NCBI RefSeq assembly: GCF_016432865.1 | Contig: NC_067400.1 | Coordinates: 333,126,001-333,190,000 of the forward strand | Direction: 5' to 3' | From: Antechinus flavipes | Lineage: Eukaryota | Length of the DNA stretch: 64,000 bases | Part shown: piece by piece, positions 50,381 to 62,178 of the stretch | Layout of the letters: the number at the start of each line of letters is the position of its first letter | How positions within the stretch are numbered: position 1 is the stretch's first letter | Notes under the pieces: model-generated | Seen by the model: only the letters and a program-made list of their open reading frames with translations | Database searches by the model: none | Told to the model about the DNA's origin: nothing | Made by a program: the position numbers and the translations under genes

Positions 50381-50914
50381 AATTTGCTCTTAGGGGAAAT
50401 AATTAACAAACTCAATATCCATCATAATATAGGTGCTATTACACATTCTGAAGAAGAAGCAGAATTCTATTCCCTCTGGAACATCGAGGACAATTCACAA
50501 GAGATATAGATCCTAAGACTATCTGTAAAAATAAGTCACCAAACAGAGACAAAGAAAAAGTCTCAACTTTTACTTGATATGGAACTATTTAGCAGTCTGA
50601 AAAGGCCTTTGAACACCTTCTCAAAATCATGTTTTTTTTAAAAAACATAAGATAAAATGCAAAGATTTCAAAGGAAATCAATTATATTGAAGTATAGTTA
50701 TCAAAATGTTTAAAATAAAAAATTAAGAAGTCCAAATTAAGAAGTATTTTTCTAAAGGAATACAGAGATTTAACTAAGGATTTTCATCTAGACTATATGT
50801 TTTTTTATGGAGATTAAGTATAATGAAAATAGACTTAAATTTGTTCTATCTGCATTAAAAAAAAAAGTCCTTCTATCTGTAATCTAGGGCAACTTTGAGA
50901 GAAACACATCATCA

Positions 50915-51160
50915 CAGCTAGGTATCACAATGGATAGAGCACCAGACCTGGAATCAAGAAGACTTGTCTTCCTGAGTTCAAATCTGGCCTCAGACATTTC
51001 CTAATTGTGTGATCCTGGGCAAGTTAACCATTTGCCTCAGTTTCCTCATCTATAAAATAAGCTGAAAAGGAATGGCAAACCACTCAATATTTTTGCCAAG
51101 AAAATCCCAAATGGAGTCTCAAAGAGTCATACACAATTGAAACAATTTAACAACAGCAAT
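50915..51160 (+). mobile_element. Mar1 CORE-SINE, near full length
   Basis: agctaggtatcacaatggatagagcaccagacctggaatcaagaagac...ggaatggcaaaccactcaatatttttgccaagaaaatcccaaatgg...aacaacagcaa. Confidence 0.9.
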
Positions 51161-53441
51161 AAGATGAGAGAGTTGAAAGAGATGTTAAAAGCCATTGAGT
51201 TTAATCCCCTTATGTTGCAAATGAGGAAACCAGCATCAAAGTTGAGTTGTCATTTAGGCATAGAGAGTGTCTAAATCAGAACTGGAACTCAGGAGTGTTA
51301 CATAACCAGATTATTTCTGCAAATTAAAGTGAAGAGATGGTAGGAATCTTTTGTGTTCCTTTCCCTATATGTTGAAGTAATTTAGGAATGATTTAGAGTC
51401 ATTTCACGTGTTTTCCTTCCAAGATAATCATTGACTTCTTAACTGGAGCCTTCAGCATTCACACAAATGAATAACTTAGGAGAAGATTTCAGGGACCGTG
51501 GTAGACTTGTTGGAGATGATTTTGAACAGGGGAGCTATGGAGGATGGCTGGCGATGCCCTGGAACACTCCCCAAGTCAGTGTTCCCTATAGGATTGGGCT
51601 CTTGCCTGGTGGGAAAAGCAGCAAAGAGGAGAAAAGAAGAGAAGATCAATTATACAGCCAGAGCAGCACCTGGGTCGATAATAAAACCTCATCTCCCTGC
51701 AGAAAACATAACGATCGATAGACCACAGGCAAACTTACACAGCAGATAGGCAAGAGAATGAGACAGCCCTAGCCAAACAGAGCAAATGTGCAGTCCAGTC
51801 ACTGCTGACTCTTTGTACCCGGTGGCAGAGGGAGAACAGAACTATTTCTATTGTTTGTCTTAGCAACAGGGGTACCAAGTAAAGGAGACAGAGAATGAGG
51901 GAAAAGGCCATTTCTTGTGAAAGCTTTTGTTCATAGGTTACTTCAGAGCTGCTTTGACTTACAATATGACTATTAACTTGAGTGAGTGGGGCGTGATGAA
52001 GTGGGGATGATGAAGGGCTTTAAATCCAGATTCTAGGTCCCTAAATTAACTTGTTTGAAGGTGTGTATCTACTAAAATTCCCAGATCTACAACTTCAGCT
52101 CCTGGAATGGTACCTGCTAAAGTACTAACTAAAAGCAAGTATATGAGGAAAATTCAAAAAATGATATTTTATCGATATGAAAAAAAGACAGCTATCTACA
52201 TTGAATTGACAATTAATTTATAAAATGGAAGCAGGCCCACCTAATTCTTTTGGTATTCACCAGGAAAGCCCTAGATGACAGTGGGGGGCCAGATTACAAT
52301 CTCAATAAGGCAGAGAGGATATGGAGCCAAGTGACAAAAGGTGGATGAGATTGGAGGAATGGAAGGATAGTAAAGGGAGGGAAGGATAGGCACAGGGCTA
52401 GAGACATAAAGTATAAATCATGTAATCATGCATTAGAGCAGGTGGCATTGAACCAGATGAAGGTATTAGAAGGTTCAGAGAGCAGAAGTTTGAGGTCTCA
52501 TTTTTATAGTTTTTTTTAACATATTCACTCCTATCTTCACTCTTAGAATTAGTTTATTAATATATCCAAATCATTTCCAAGATGACACAGTAAAACTTTA
52601 AAATTAACATGTCTTCTCAAAATTATCAGTATCATTTGATGTTCTGTTGGTCTGGAATTATAACAGTTTAGAATGTGCTTGAGATTTACATTATCAGCCA
52701 CGTGTGACCTATGTGACCCTGGGATACTACTCCAGGACTCAGATTCCTCATATATAAAATAAAGGAGTATGGCAAAATGATTTCTATGGTATCTTCCAAC
52801 TTTAAAACTACACTTCTTTAAATTTAACAACTTCAAAGGTGTAAATGAAGATTGTAATAGAGTCTATCATTCTTCTAAGATATTTAGTGGAAAGATTTGG
52901 AATCAGAAGCTTTGCGTTTTAATATCATACTGATGATCACTTTTTAGTTTTCATAAACTTAGGCAAATAGGATTCACCTTTCTGGGTTTAAGTATCCTCA
53001 TGCTACTTAAAAGAAGTTTGTTCTTCATTCGTTTGTTCTATATTCTGATCTGATCTGAAATTCTATAGTTAAAGGGAATCACCAGTGAGGGGACTCTGTC
53101 TCCAAATATAGATCAGTACCAATTTTGAAATCTAGGAGTCTTAGAATCTTAGAGAATTGACTGGGGTTTACTTAAAATGTAAGTGAATTGGCCAAGATCA
53201 TAGACATTATGTATAAGAGGCTGGACCTGACTATCAGTCTTCCTCATTTTGAGATTAGTTCTGGATCCATTATACAATGCTATTTTTTCTCACACTCAAC
53301 ATTGAAGTAATAATACCTCAAGGGTCCATGGTAAGGTTGGGAGTCACAGTATACTGGTTAATATGATGCATATCAAGGGAGACCTGGGTTCAAATTCCAT
53401 CTTTGACACATATTAACTGTGGGTCATTAAACTTTCCCTTG

Positions 53442-53602
53442 NNNNNNNNNNNNNNNNNNNNNNNNNNNNNNNNNNNNNNNNNNNNNNNNNNNNNNNNNNN
53501 NNNNNNNNNNNNNNNNNNNNNNNNNNNNNNNNNNNNNNNNNNNNNNNNNNNNNNNNNNNNNNNNNNNNNNNNNNNNNNNNNNNNNNNNNNNNNNNNNNNN
53601 NN
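53442..53602. other. Assembly gap (161 N) inside a MIR element
   Basis: MIR head (gacctgggttcaaattcc) on the left, MIR tail (aattattttgaggctcaaatg) on the right. Confidence 0.95.
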
Positions 53603-53959
53603 AATTATTTTGAGGCTCAAATGTAAGTAAATGTTAAGTAAACAAAATATTTATTAAATGTCAGTTGTTATCATCAAATAAGCTTTGTGCTGAAGAACCA
53701 CATACAGGGACATGTAGTTTGTTGAATATGGTCCTGATATTCTCCCTAAAATATTTATGGAAGAAAGAATATCTAAGATCCCCTGACTATATGAGGTATT
53801 TCCTTTGTTTAGCTTTGTTGTTTTTTTGTTTTGTTTTGTTTTCTTTTCTTTTAGCTAACTATTGTATATATAAAAGCAAAACTAAATATATATGTATTTT
53901 TTTAATTATTGAAATTAAAAGAAGACAAAACAGTAATCTATACATAAAAAAAGAGAATT

Positions 53960-54860
53960 ACATTATCACAGGAATAGAAGACCCTGATAGCAGCCTCTGA
54001 ATGACATTTGCTAATTTACCATCTATTATTTGGATGTGAATTTTGGCTAGACATCCCTAATCCTTCAACTGATTTTTATATGATATGGATTCAAGATCTT
54101 TCATTATCTTGTTTATATCCTGAGCACTTGTCAAGTCATCATTCTCCTTTCTACAATGGGCCACCCAGGACTGAAACAAGAGAGTCCACATTAGGACTGA
54201 TGAAGATAGAGTGCAATAGGATTTTCCTATTCCTAGAAAACTATATGGTTTCTCTCAATGAAAACTAAAATCATATCAGCTCTCTTGGCTGCTACATCAC
54301 CCTGTTAGCTTATAACCAAATCATTTCTGTAAATTAATACATACAGAATATAGGAGTCTTATATATTCTTTTTCCTATATGTTGATTTAATTTAGGAATG
54401 CTTTGGAGGCATTTCATGTGTTTTTTGTCCTGTGTAATCACTGACTTCTTAAGGCATGTGTTTAAGAAGTATAAGACCAAGCACAGATCTCTGGAATATT
54501 CCCCTGGACATCTCCTGCCATGTTTACAAACTAGTCTTTGAATCTGGTCATCCAACCAGTCCTGAATCTATGTAATTTTATAATCACTTAGTCTATAGCT
54601 CCCCATTTTTCCTCATGATAATAGATATGTTTTATTGAAAGCTTTGATAAACTTTAAGTAAACTATCTTTAAAACATTCTTTTTATTTACTAATTTGGCA
54701 ATCCTGTCAAAAAAGACAATTAGGTTCTTTAGGTATGAGCTGTTCTTTATGAATCTATGAAGTCTCTTTGAAATCAATCTTTCCCTTTCTAGCTGTTTAC
54801 TAAGCATATTTTTGATGAGATAGTAAAGGCTTTGGATAACTGGCCAGAAAATTTGAAACC
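53960..54860 (-). mobile_element. CR1/L3 ORF2 (reverse transcriptase) remnant
   Basis: ORF 54613-54807 (LHRFIKNSSYLKNLIVFFDRIAKLVNKKNVLKIVYLKFIKAFNK) aligns by eye to the CR1 RT motif QHGFxKxRSCxTNLISFFDxVTxLVDxGxAVDxVYLDFSKAFD. Confidence 0.8.
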
Positions 54861-54879
54861 ACTGTGTGTAACTAGCACT

Positions 54880-57045
54880 AATTGGCAGATAATCTTAAAG
54901 AAAAAAGAAAAGAGAAAGAATGATGTCCTGGGGAAACAGAGAAGAGAGAGGTAGGAAGGGAAAATATTTACTCATCCAAAAGAGGCACATGGAAGAGTTT
55001 TTACAGTTGATGGAGAAATGAAGGGGTGGTGGGCCATGCTCGAATCTCAGTTTTATCAGAATGAGTTCAAAGAAGTTCATACACATAAAGTTGAGTATAG
55101 AAATTTATCTTACCCAGCAAGGACATAGGAGGAAAAGAATGATAAATGAGTGCAGGAGACTAAAAGATATAGTAGATTAAGGGAAGCAGTGGCCAGAAGT
55201 AAAATAGACTTTTTAAGAGGGACAAAAAAAAAAAAAAAGAAGAAGAAGAAGGATAAATAATAGGATGGAGGGAAATATTTTAATAGTCATAACTGTGCAT
55301 TTGAATGGGATAAGGTCACCCATAAAACAGAAGCAAAGAGCAGAATAGATTAGAAACCAGAATCCAATAATATAAGGTTAACAAGAGACACACTTGAAAC
55401 AGAAAGGACTGGAGCAGAAGCTATTTTGCTTTGGCTGAAATGAAGAAGGCAGGAGTGGCAATTTTGATCTCAGACAATACAAAAGCAAAAATAGATCAAA
55501 TTAAAATGTATTCATCAGGGAAGCCATATTTTGCTAAAAAGTACTATGAAAATGAAGTAATTTTTTTTTAATTTAGAGAAACTTTCAGTGATAAAGACCT
55601 CTTTTCTCAAATATATAGGGAACTGAGTCAAAATTTAAAAATAACTTTTTCCCAATTGATAAATTATCAAGAGATATAGACAGGCAGTATTCAGAAGAAG
55701 AAATCAAAGTTATATATAGCCATATGAAAAATGCTCTAAATTACTATTAATTAGAAAAGGGTAAATTGGAACAACTCTGGGACACCATCTCATATCTATC
55801 AAAAGTGACAGATGCTGTAGGAAATTTACTCATAAAGTGTTAGCAGAATTGGGAACTAATCCAATCATTCTGGAGAATAATTTGGAACTATACCCAAAGG
55901 GTGATAAAACTGTGCATATCCTTTGCCCCAGCAATACCACTAGATCTGTACCCTAAAGAGATTAAAGAAAAAGAAAATGATGTGTGTGTATAAAAATATT
56001 TATAGTAGCTCTTTTCATAGTGAGAAAGAGTAGGATATTTGAGGACATTCTCATTAATTGGGGGAATAGCTGAACACGTTGTGACATATGATTATGATGG
56101 AATATTATTGTGCTATAAGAAATAACAAGGAAATGGTTTCAGGGGGAAAAACAGGGCAAGATCTGTATAAACTGATGTAAATTGAAGTGAGAAGAAATTG
56201 GAGATCAGTGTGCTCAGTAATAGCAATGTTGTAATGATGATGAAGTATGAAAGACTTGGCTACTCTGATCAGTAAAATGATCCAAGACAATTTTAAAAGA
56301 CTCATGATGAAAAAATGCTATTTATTTTCAGAGAGAGAACTGCCGAACTCTGACTACAAACTTAAGTATGATTTTCTCACTTCTTTTTGCTTTTTTGTGA
56401 TATGGCTAATGTGGAAATATGTTTGCATGATTGTGTAATATAACACTTTATGACTTTCATGACATAATATTGATATCATTTTGTTTGCCTTCTTGGTGGG
56501 TTGTTATGGGCCAGAACTCTGAATTTGAAACAAGGATTCTTACAAAGTGCTAACTCAGTGGAATTGATAGAGACAATGGTTATTTATCATGGTGCTTAAC
56601 AGTTCTCTAGTTCAGTACATGCACTTAGTACTTAATATAGTTCCACAAGATTCACACCTATGATAAGAGAGCATATATAAGCTCAAACTTAGCCAGAATC
56701 AGAACTAGGGAAGACAGAGAAGTGGTGGCAGATTCTCTTCCTTCGCTTCTTCACTGAAACCAAGATCTGGAAGCCTCCAGAAAACTAGCCGAGCCCCAAG
56801 TGAAGGAGATAGGACTTTGAAGGAGACGATAAAGGATTTGGACTTTAACCCCTGGCTACTCGTGTGGTGATTACTGAATTGAAACGAAGACTGCCTCAAG
56901 ACCCCAAGAAAATCTCAACAGAGAACATTACATTTAAGAGAGAATATTACAGTGGTTGAGAGAGGAATGGGAGGGAGGGAAAGAATTTGAAAGTCAAAAT
57001 TTGAAAAGAAAATAACGTTGAAAATAAATAATAAATTGATTTTAA
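54880..57045 (+). mobile_element. Internally deleted L1 (inter-ORF region, ORF2 EN start, ORF2 C-terminus, 3' UTR)
   Basis: EN start at about 55285 (ataactgtgcatttgaatgggataaggtcacccataaaacagaag, cf. TxNVNGxNSPIKR). Near 55570 it jumps to ORF2 C-terminal sequence (agtgataaagacctcttttctcaaatatatagggaactgag). 3' end with aaataaataataaa at about 57030. Confidence 0.85.
56502..56951 (+). mobile_element. Solo ERV LTR nested in the L1 3' UTR
   Basis: tgttatggg start; TATA gcatatataagc near 56672; gataaa (degenerate poly(A) signal) in ggagacgataaagg; ends gagaacattaca (56932) or gagaatattaca (56951). Flanks gtgggt (56496-56501) and gtggtt (56952-56957). Confidence 0.8.
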
Positions 57046-57480
57046 AGAAGATTTCCAATTTCTAGTTTTCCTGTGTGATAGATATTTTAGTACTTTGAAG
57101 TCTGATCCACATGGCCATTCTATTTTCTTTCTCTCTTTAAAGAAGCCTTTCTTTTTATGATGCTTCTCACAGGTGGCTCTTCAAGAAATATCCAGAACTG
57201 TAGTTTTTTTTTTTTTTAATTAAATTGGAAATCAAATCCAATCCCAAGGTTAAAACACTAAGCAGAGTCTGAAATGATATGCAGGTGCCCTTTCAGGAAA
57301 GCCAGAGGTATTGATTGGAAAAGGCAGTTCCAGCATTAATATCTTTCTGCTGTTTTTGTAACTAGCCACATTCTCTTGTCTTTGGGTCCTTTGACTAGGT
57401 CTATATGCTTGGCAGTGTTATGTATCATATTCTCATTCAAAAGTTATTCAATGACTTCAATAATCAGATCAAAATCTCTT

Positions 57481-58358
57481 TTTTTAAATTTAATAATAAC
57501 TTTGTATTGACAGAATCCATGCCAGGGTAATTTTTTACAACATTATCCCTTGCACTCGCTTATGTTTCGTTTTTTCCCCTCCTTCCCTCCACCCCCCCCC
57601 AAGATGGCAAGCAGTCCTATAATATGTTAAATATGTTGCAGTATATCCTAGATATAATACATATTCGCTGAACCAAACAGTTCTCCTGTTGCAGAGGGAG
57701 AATTGGATTCAGAAGGTAAAAATAACTCGGGAAGAAAATCAAAAATGCAAATAGTTCACATTCGTTTCCCAGTTTTCCTTCTTTGGGTGTAGCTGTTTCT
57801 GTCCATCATTTATCCATTGAAACTCAGTTAGGTCTCTTTGTCATAGAAATCCACTTCCATCAGAATACATCCTCATACAATATCGTTGTCGAAGTGTATA
57901 ATGATCTCCTGGTTCTGCTCATCTCACTTAGCATCAGTCCATGTAGGTCTCGCCAGTCCTCTCTGTATTCATCCTGCTGGTCATTTCTTACAGAACAATA
58001 ATATTCCATAACATTCATATACCACAATTTACCCAGCCATTCTCCAATTGATGGCATCCATTCATTTTCCAGTTTCTAGCCACTACAAACAGGGCTGCTA
58101 CAAACATTTTGGCACATACAGGTCCCTTTCCCTTTTTTAGTATCTCTTTAGGGTATAAGCCCAATAGAAACACTGCTGGATCAAAGGGTATGCACAGTTT
58201 GATAACTTTTTGGGCATAATTCCAGATTGCTCTCCAGAATGGTTGGATTCGTTCACAACTCCACCAACAATGCATCAGTGTCCCCGTTTTCCCGCATGCC
58301 CTCCAACATTCATCATTATTTTTTCCTGTCATCTTAGCCAATCTGACAGGTGTGTAGT
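57481..58358 (-). mobile_element. Young 5'-truncated L1 with 15-bp TSD (1 mismatch)
   Basis: ORF 58015-58365 is near-intact L1 ORF2 C-terminal sequence (HYTPVRLAK-like start, CGKTGTLMHCWW, CIPFDPAVFLLGLYPKE). TSD agatcaaaatctctt (57466-57480) and agatcaaaatttctt (58359-58373), then aa. Some CpGs retained. Confidence 0.95.
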
Positions 58359-58899
58359 AGATCAAAATTTCTTAAAGGAAATCCTTGCAATTAGTCTGAG
58401 GAAGTTATGGAGGGAGTTGGTATTTAGCCCAAACTGAAATATGTCCTAGATGGCAAACACATGAACTATCTATCTTCCTTTAATCAACTCTGGGCCAAAT
58501 AAGGTGTGAATTAAAAATAGCAGGTAACAACAAATGCAGGTGGCTTTGAGATGCCTATATAGATGTTAGGAATTTTTACTATATTTTTATAAATATAGAA
58601 ACATATCTTTATCTCAGATGACCTTGCTCTATGAATATTCAATGGAAGAATACTTCTAATAGAATGAATGTGTGTGAGAAGGGGTGAGGAAAGGGGTGGA
58701 AGAGATGGAAAGAGTTAAATTTTGAGTGTTTCCCCAACTTACAAATGAAGTTACCATGTTTATTTATTTTTATTTTATTTTGTTTTGTTTTCATTGTTGA
58801 TTTTTTTATTTTTACATCGTAAGTTCTTCTCTGTGTAGCACTTAATCTATAGCCTTCAGTCTTTCTGCATAATAAAGAAAAGAACAAAGAAAATATTAC

Positions 58900-59510
58900 A
58901 GTGATTTGCAAATGACATTCTATCTCCCACAATCCCCTCCCTCTTTTCTGAAAAAAAGGAGCTATATTTCACTATCTATTCTCCAGTATCAAGCTTGGTC
59001 ATTATACTTATTCATAATTTGTACTCTTTTTTTTGGAATTCTTTTCATTAACACTAATATAGTAGTAGTCTATATGGAGGTTCTTTGCTCGATCCAGATC
59101 AACTTTCCTTATGCTTGTCTCAGTTTCCAATATTCACAATTCCTTAATGCCCTATAGTATTTCATTAAACATATTTATTCAACTTTCTCATATAACTACA
59201 AATTGTTTTCAGAACTTTTTTTTAATCAGTTCACAGCTCCATCAATAAGATATTAATTTGTCTATCTTTTCTACAGCCACTTTGACGACACTGTTCTCTG
59301 TTAAAAGGCTACATGTGAAGTACAATTTTAGTTATTTTAGTCTGCTTTTATCCTATTATTATTGATCTTGAACATTTCATATGGTCCTCAATTATTTGTA
59401 ATTCTTCTTCTAAAAACTGTTCTCATTCTTTAGCAACTTGTCTTTCCGGCAATGGCTCTTGATCTTAAATACTTGTGTTAATTACCTTTGCATCTTGCAT
59501 ATCAAAGTTT
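58900..59510 (-). mobile_element. Old L1 fragment
   Basis: Diverged antisense L1 blocks (cagtttccaatattcac; tcacagctccatcaata; gttctcattctttagcaacttgtct). Confidence 0.6.
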
Positions 59511-59559
59511 TTTTCAATGATATTGATTCAAAATCAGGCTTCTTTAAATAGACTTCTCT

Positions 59560-59627
59560 TCCCCCCCCCCCCCAGGCAATTGGGGTTAAATGACTTGCCC
59601 AGGGTCACCCAGCTAGGAAGTGTTAAG
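59560..59627 (-). mobile_element. WSINE1-like SINE, 3' half
   Basis: aggcaattggggttaaatgacttgcccagggtcacccagctaggaagtgttaag. Confidence 0.85.
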
Positions 59628-59944
59628 TTAAAGAGAAGAGTTCTCTTCTTATGAAACTAAAACATGATTTGTAGAAGACTGACTTACAGACAATCTTAAG
59701 TTATAAAGAGGCAGCATGATGTAGTGGCTAGATTTTGGCCTCAAAAGCCTTGAATTCAAATTCTGACTTTAGCATATACTGGATTTGTGACTGAGCAAGC
59801 TACAACCTTTCTGTGCAACTCTCTAAGACTATAAGTTGCAAAGCATCTTCACCTGAGAGTCTCCTATTGCAGTGAAAACACATATCCAGACTATTAGGTT
59901 ACAATCAATAAATCACAAATCAATAAATAGTCTTTGTGAATTCC

Positions 59945-60315
59945 CTATTCTTGTTCCTTGTATATGGCATCTCATCTTTGGCCTCTCTGCCTTTGCACAG
60001 ATGGTACACCATGACTGGAATGCATTTTTTCTTTACCCTCATTTCTTAGAATCCCTGCCTATCTTCAACTCAGGAGACACATTCTGTAAAAGGCCTTTTC
60101 TAATTCCTCAGCTTGTTAGTTCTTTCCCACTTGAAATGACTTATGTTTTTTCTTATAAGTTTTGGATGTACTTGTACCTCCTCAATAAAAGTAGTCTCTT
60201 TGAGGGTAGGAACTGTCTTTTGCCCTTTTTTTAATCCCTAGTACTTAGCAGAATGCCTGACACATATGTTTGATACCTTGTACCTAGTAGATACAAATAA
60301 ATATTTGCTGAATTT
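59945..60315 (+). mobile_element. L2 3' end
   Basis: ctctttgagggtaggaactgtcttttgccc...cttagcagaatgcctgacaca. Confidence 0.75.
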
Positions 60316-60452
60316 AAGCGAATATTTATTGGGCTCTAATTGCATTTACAATATAGACAGTTCTTGCTTTACTCAAATTCAATTATACATGAAGAATTGT
60401 GAAAGAAATCTGCTCTTCAAAACAACATCTATGTTTACTCTATGGTACTATG

Positions 60453-60455
<3 letters not shown>

Positions 60456-60520
<65 letters not shown>

Positions 60521-60522
60521 AC
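60456..60522. repeat. (CT)n microsatellite (about 32 units)
   Basis: Direct reading. Confidence 0.95.
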
Positions 60523-61227
60523 TCTGTCCTTTCTTCTCTTCCTCTTTCTGTACCTCAGTTTGATGTTCCTTGGCTTCCCACATTACACTCCATCAAAAAA
60601 AAAATTCAATTAAAAACAGAAGTGAGCACAAAGACACTCCATCTTCTCTATAGGACATAGGGGTGGTGGCTTAGCTTGAGACTTCCTGGTAAGAGCAGAG
60701 ATCTTTGCTTTCCTCTGCCCACAGCATTGTGCATGAGGCCCTATGTGTCTGACTTCCATACATCTGCTCTCAGGTTCCAGGTGTCTGTCTCACCATGTGT
60801 CACCCATCCTTTCCCAACTGTGGCTGCTCCTCCTGCTCTCCCTTCTCTGTCTCAGATCCCCACATGTTCTTGAACTCTGAACCAGCTCCCTCCCTCCCCT
60901 TCCTCCCTTCTCCTTCCCTTCTCCACTTTCACATGAAATTCACATTTTATAAAAATTGCTTTATTAGAGGTTTATGGAAAGATCCATTTAACACTCACCT
61001 AAGATGGGAACTCTCAGTGTTATGTAATGTAAAAGCAGGAGCAGCTGAATGAAGCCCTTTCCTAGCTGAGCTGTTGGTTAAATTTTCAGTGTGTACATAT
61101 ATGCTGCAGAAGTCATCAAGGCTAAAAATCAATGCTTTATTTATTGTTTTGTTGATTGTCTACACTTAAGAAATTAATGGAAGAAAATGTTAATAATGTA
61201 GATTAAACTTAAAAATATATTGGGGGT

Positions 61228-61348
61228 GGGGTAGCTAGGTGGCTCAGTGATAAAGCAACCTGCCCTGAAGTCAAGAGAATGTGAGTTCAAATTGTGCCTC
61301 AGACATTTATTGCTATGTGACCCCAAACAAGCATTTTGCCTCAAAAAA
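61228..61348 (+). mobile_element. WSINE1-like SINE
   Basis: ggggtagctaggtggctcagtgataaagcaacctgccctgaagtcaagagaatgtgagttcaaattgtgcctcagacat...gcctcaaaaaa. Confidence 0.8.
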
Positions 61349-62049
61349 GTATGATGTAAATACAGTTATATTTCTGAAGAGCCAATTATATTCTATATGG
61401 GAGAAGCCCTTAATATATGGAAAAATCATAAACTATACCTAGTAGTATGTGTGAGGTGCCAAAAGGGAAGTAGTATAATATATTAGAGGAGGGAGAAATT
61501 CATTGTGAACTTATCAGTCAGGGAAAGTCATAGTAGAGCAAGGCATGAGCTGGGGTTTGAGATGTGAATAGTATTTAACTAGGCCAAGGAGAAAAGAGAG
61601 GACACTTTTGTTGACTTCCAGGGGTGGAGAGAAAAAATGGTAAGAATCCCAGGACATGGGAAAATACAAGATGTATTGGGGGCAAGTAAATAAAGTATAT
61701 TTGTCAAACAAAATGAGTTACACCTCCTCAGATGTCAGCCATTAATTCCATGTGAGTTTGTCCACTTTTTCAGAGAAAGGTATGATTCCTCTATTCTTTC
61801 TTTCTACTTTCTTCTCTTTTGGAACAGAAAAAAACAGATTACAACTTAACTTTTTATCCTCACCCATGTCCAGAACCTTACTTCACCTGTCTAAGTCTCC
61901 TTTTTCTCTTCTGTCAAATGCAAAAGAGATGATCTCTAAGGCTTTTCAAAGCCCTACATGCTGTGAATCTATCTTTTCTTTCCCTAAACAGTTTTTCATC
62001 TTTTTAATCCATCTCACTGATTCTTCACAAGTTGTGTTCTCCCAATATT

Positions 62050-62178
62050 TTTTTTTTTTTGCAAGGCAGTTGAGGTCAAGGGACTTGCTCAGTCACAGCT
62101 ATTAAGTATTAAGCACCTGAGGTGGGGTTTGAACTCGGGTCCTCCTGACTCCAGGGCCCCTGCACCATCTAGCTGCCC
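62050..62178 (-). mobile_element. WSINE1/Mar-type short SINE
   Basis: Poly(T), gcaaggcagttgaggtcaagggacttgc...tttgaactcgggtcctcctgactccagggcc...ccatctagctgccc. Confidence 0.85.

Noticed and set aside
19870-51749. Non-retroviral endogenous viral elements (filovirus/bornavirus NP-like) among the unique-region ORFs
   Set aside because: By-eye comparison of the ORFs at 19.9, 39.4, 43.5, 47.6, 48.7 and 51.5 kb showed no convincing NP motifs; a TBLASTN/HMM search would be needed to exclude this fully.
57410-57418. miR-34/449-like 5' sequence tggcagtgt
   Set aside because: The match stops after 9 nt and I see no complementary arm for a pre-miRNA hairpin.
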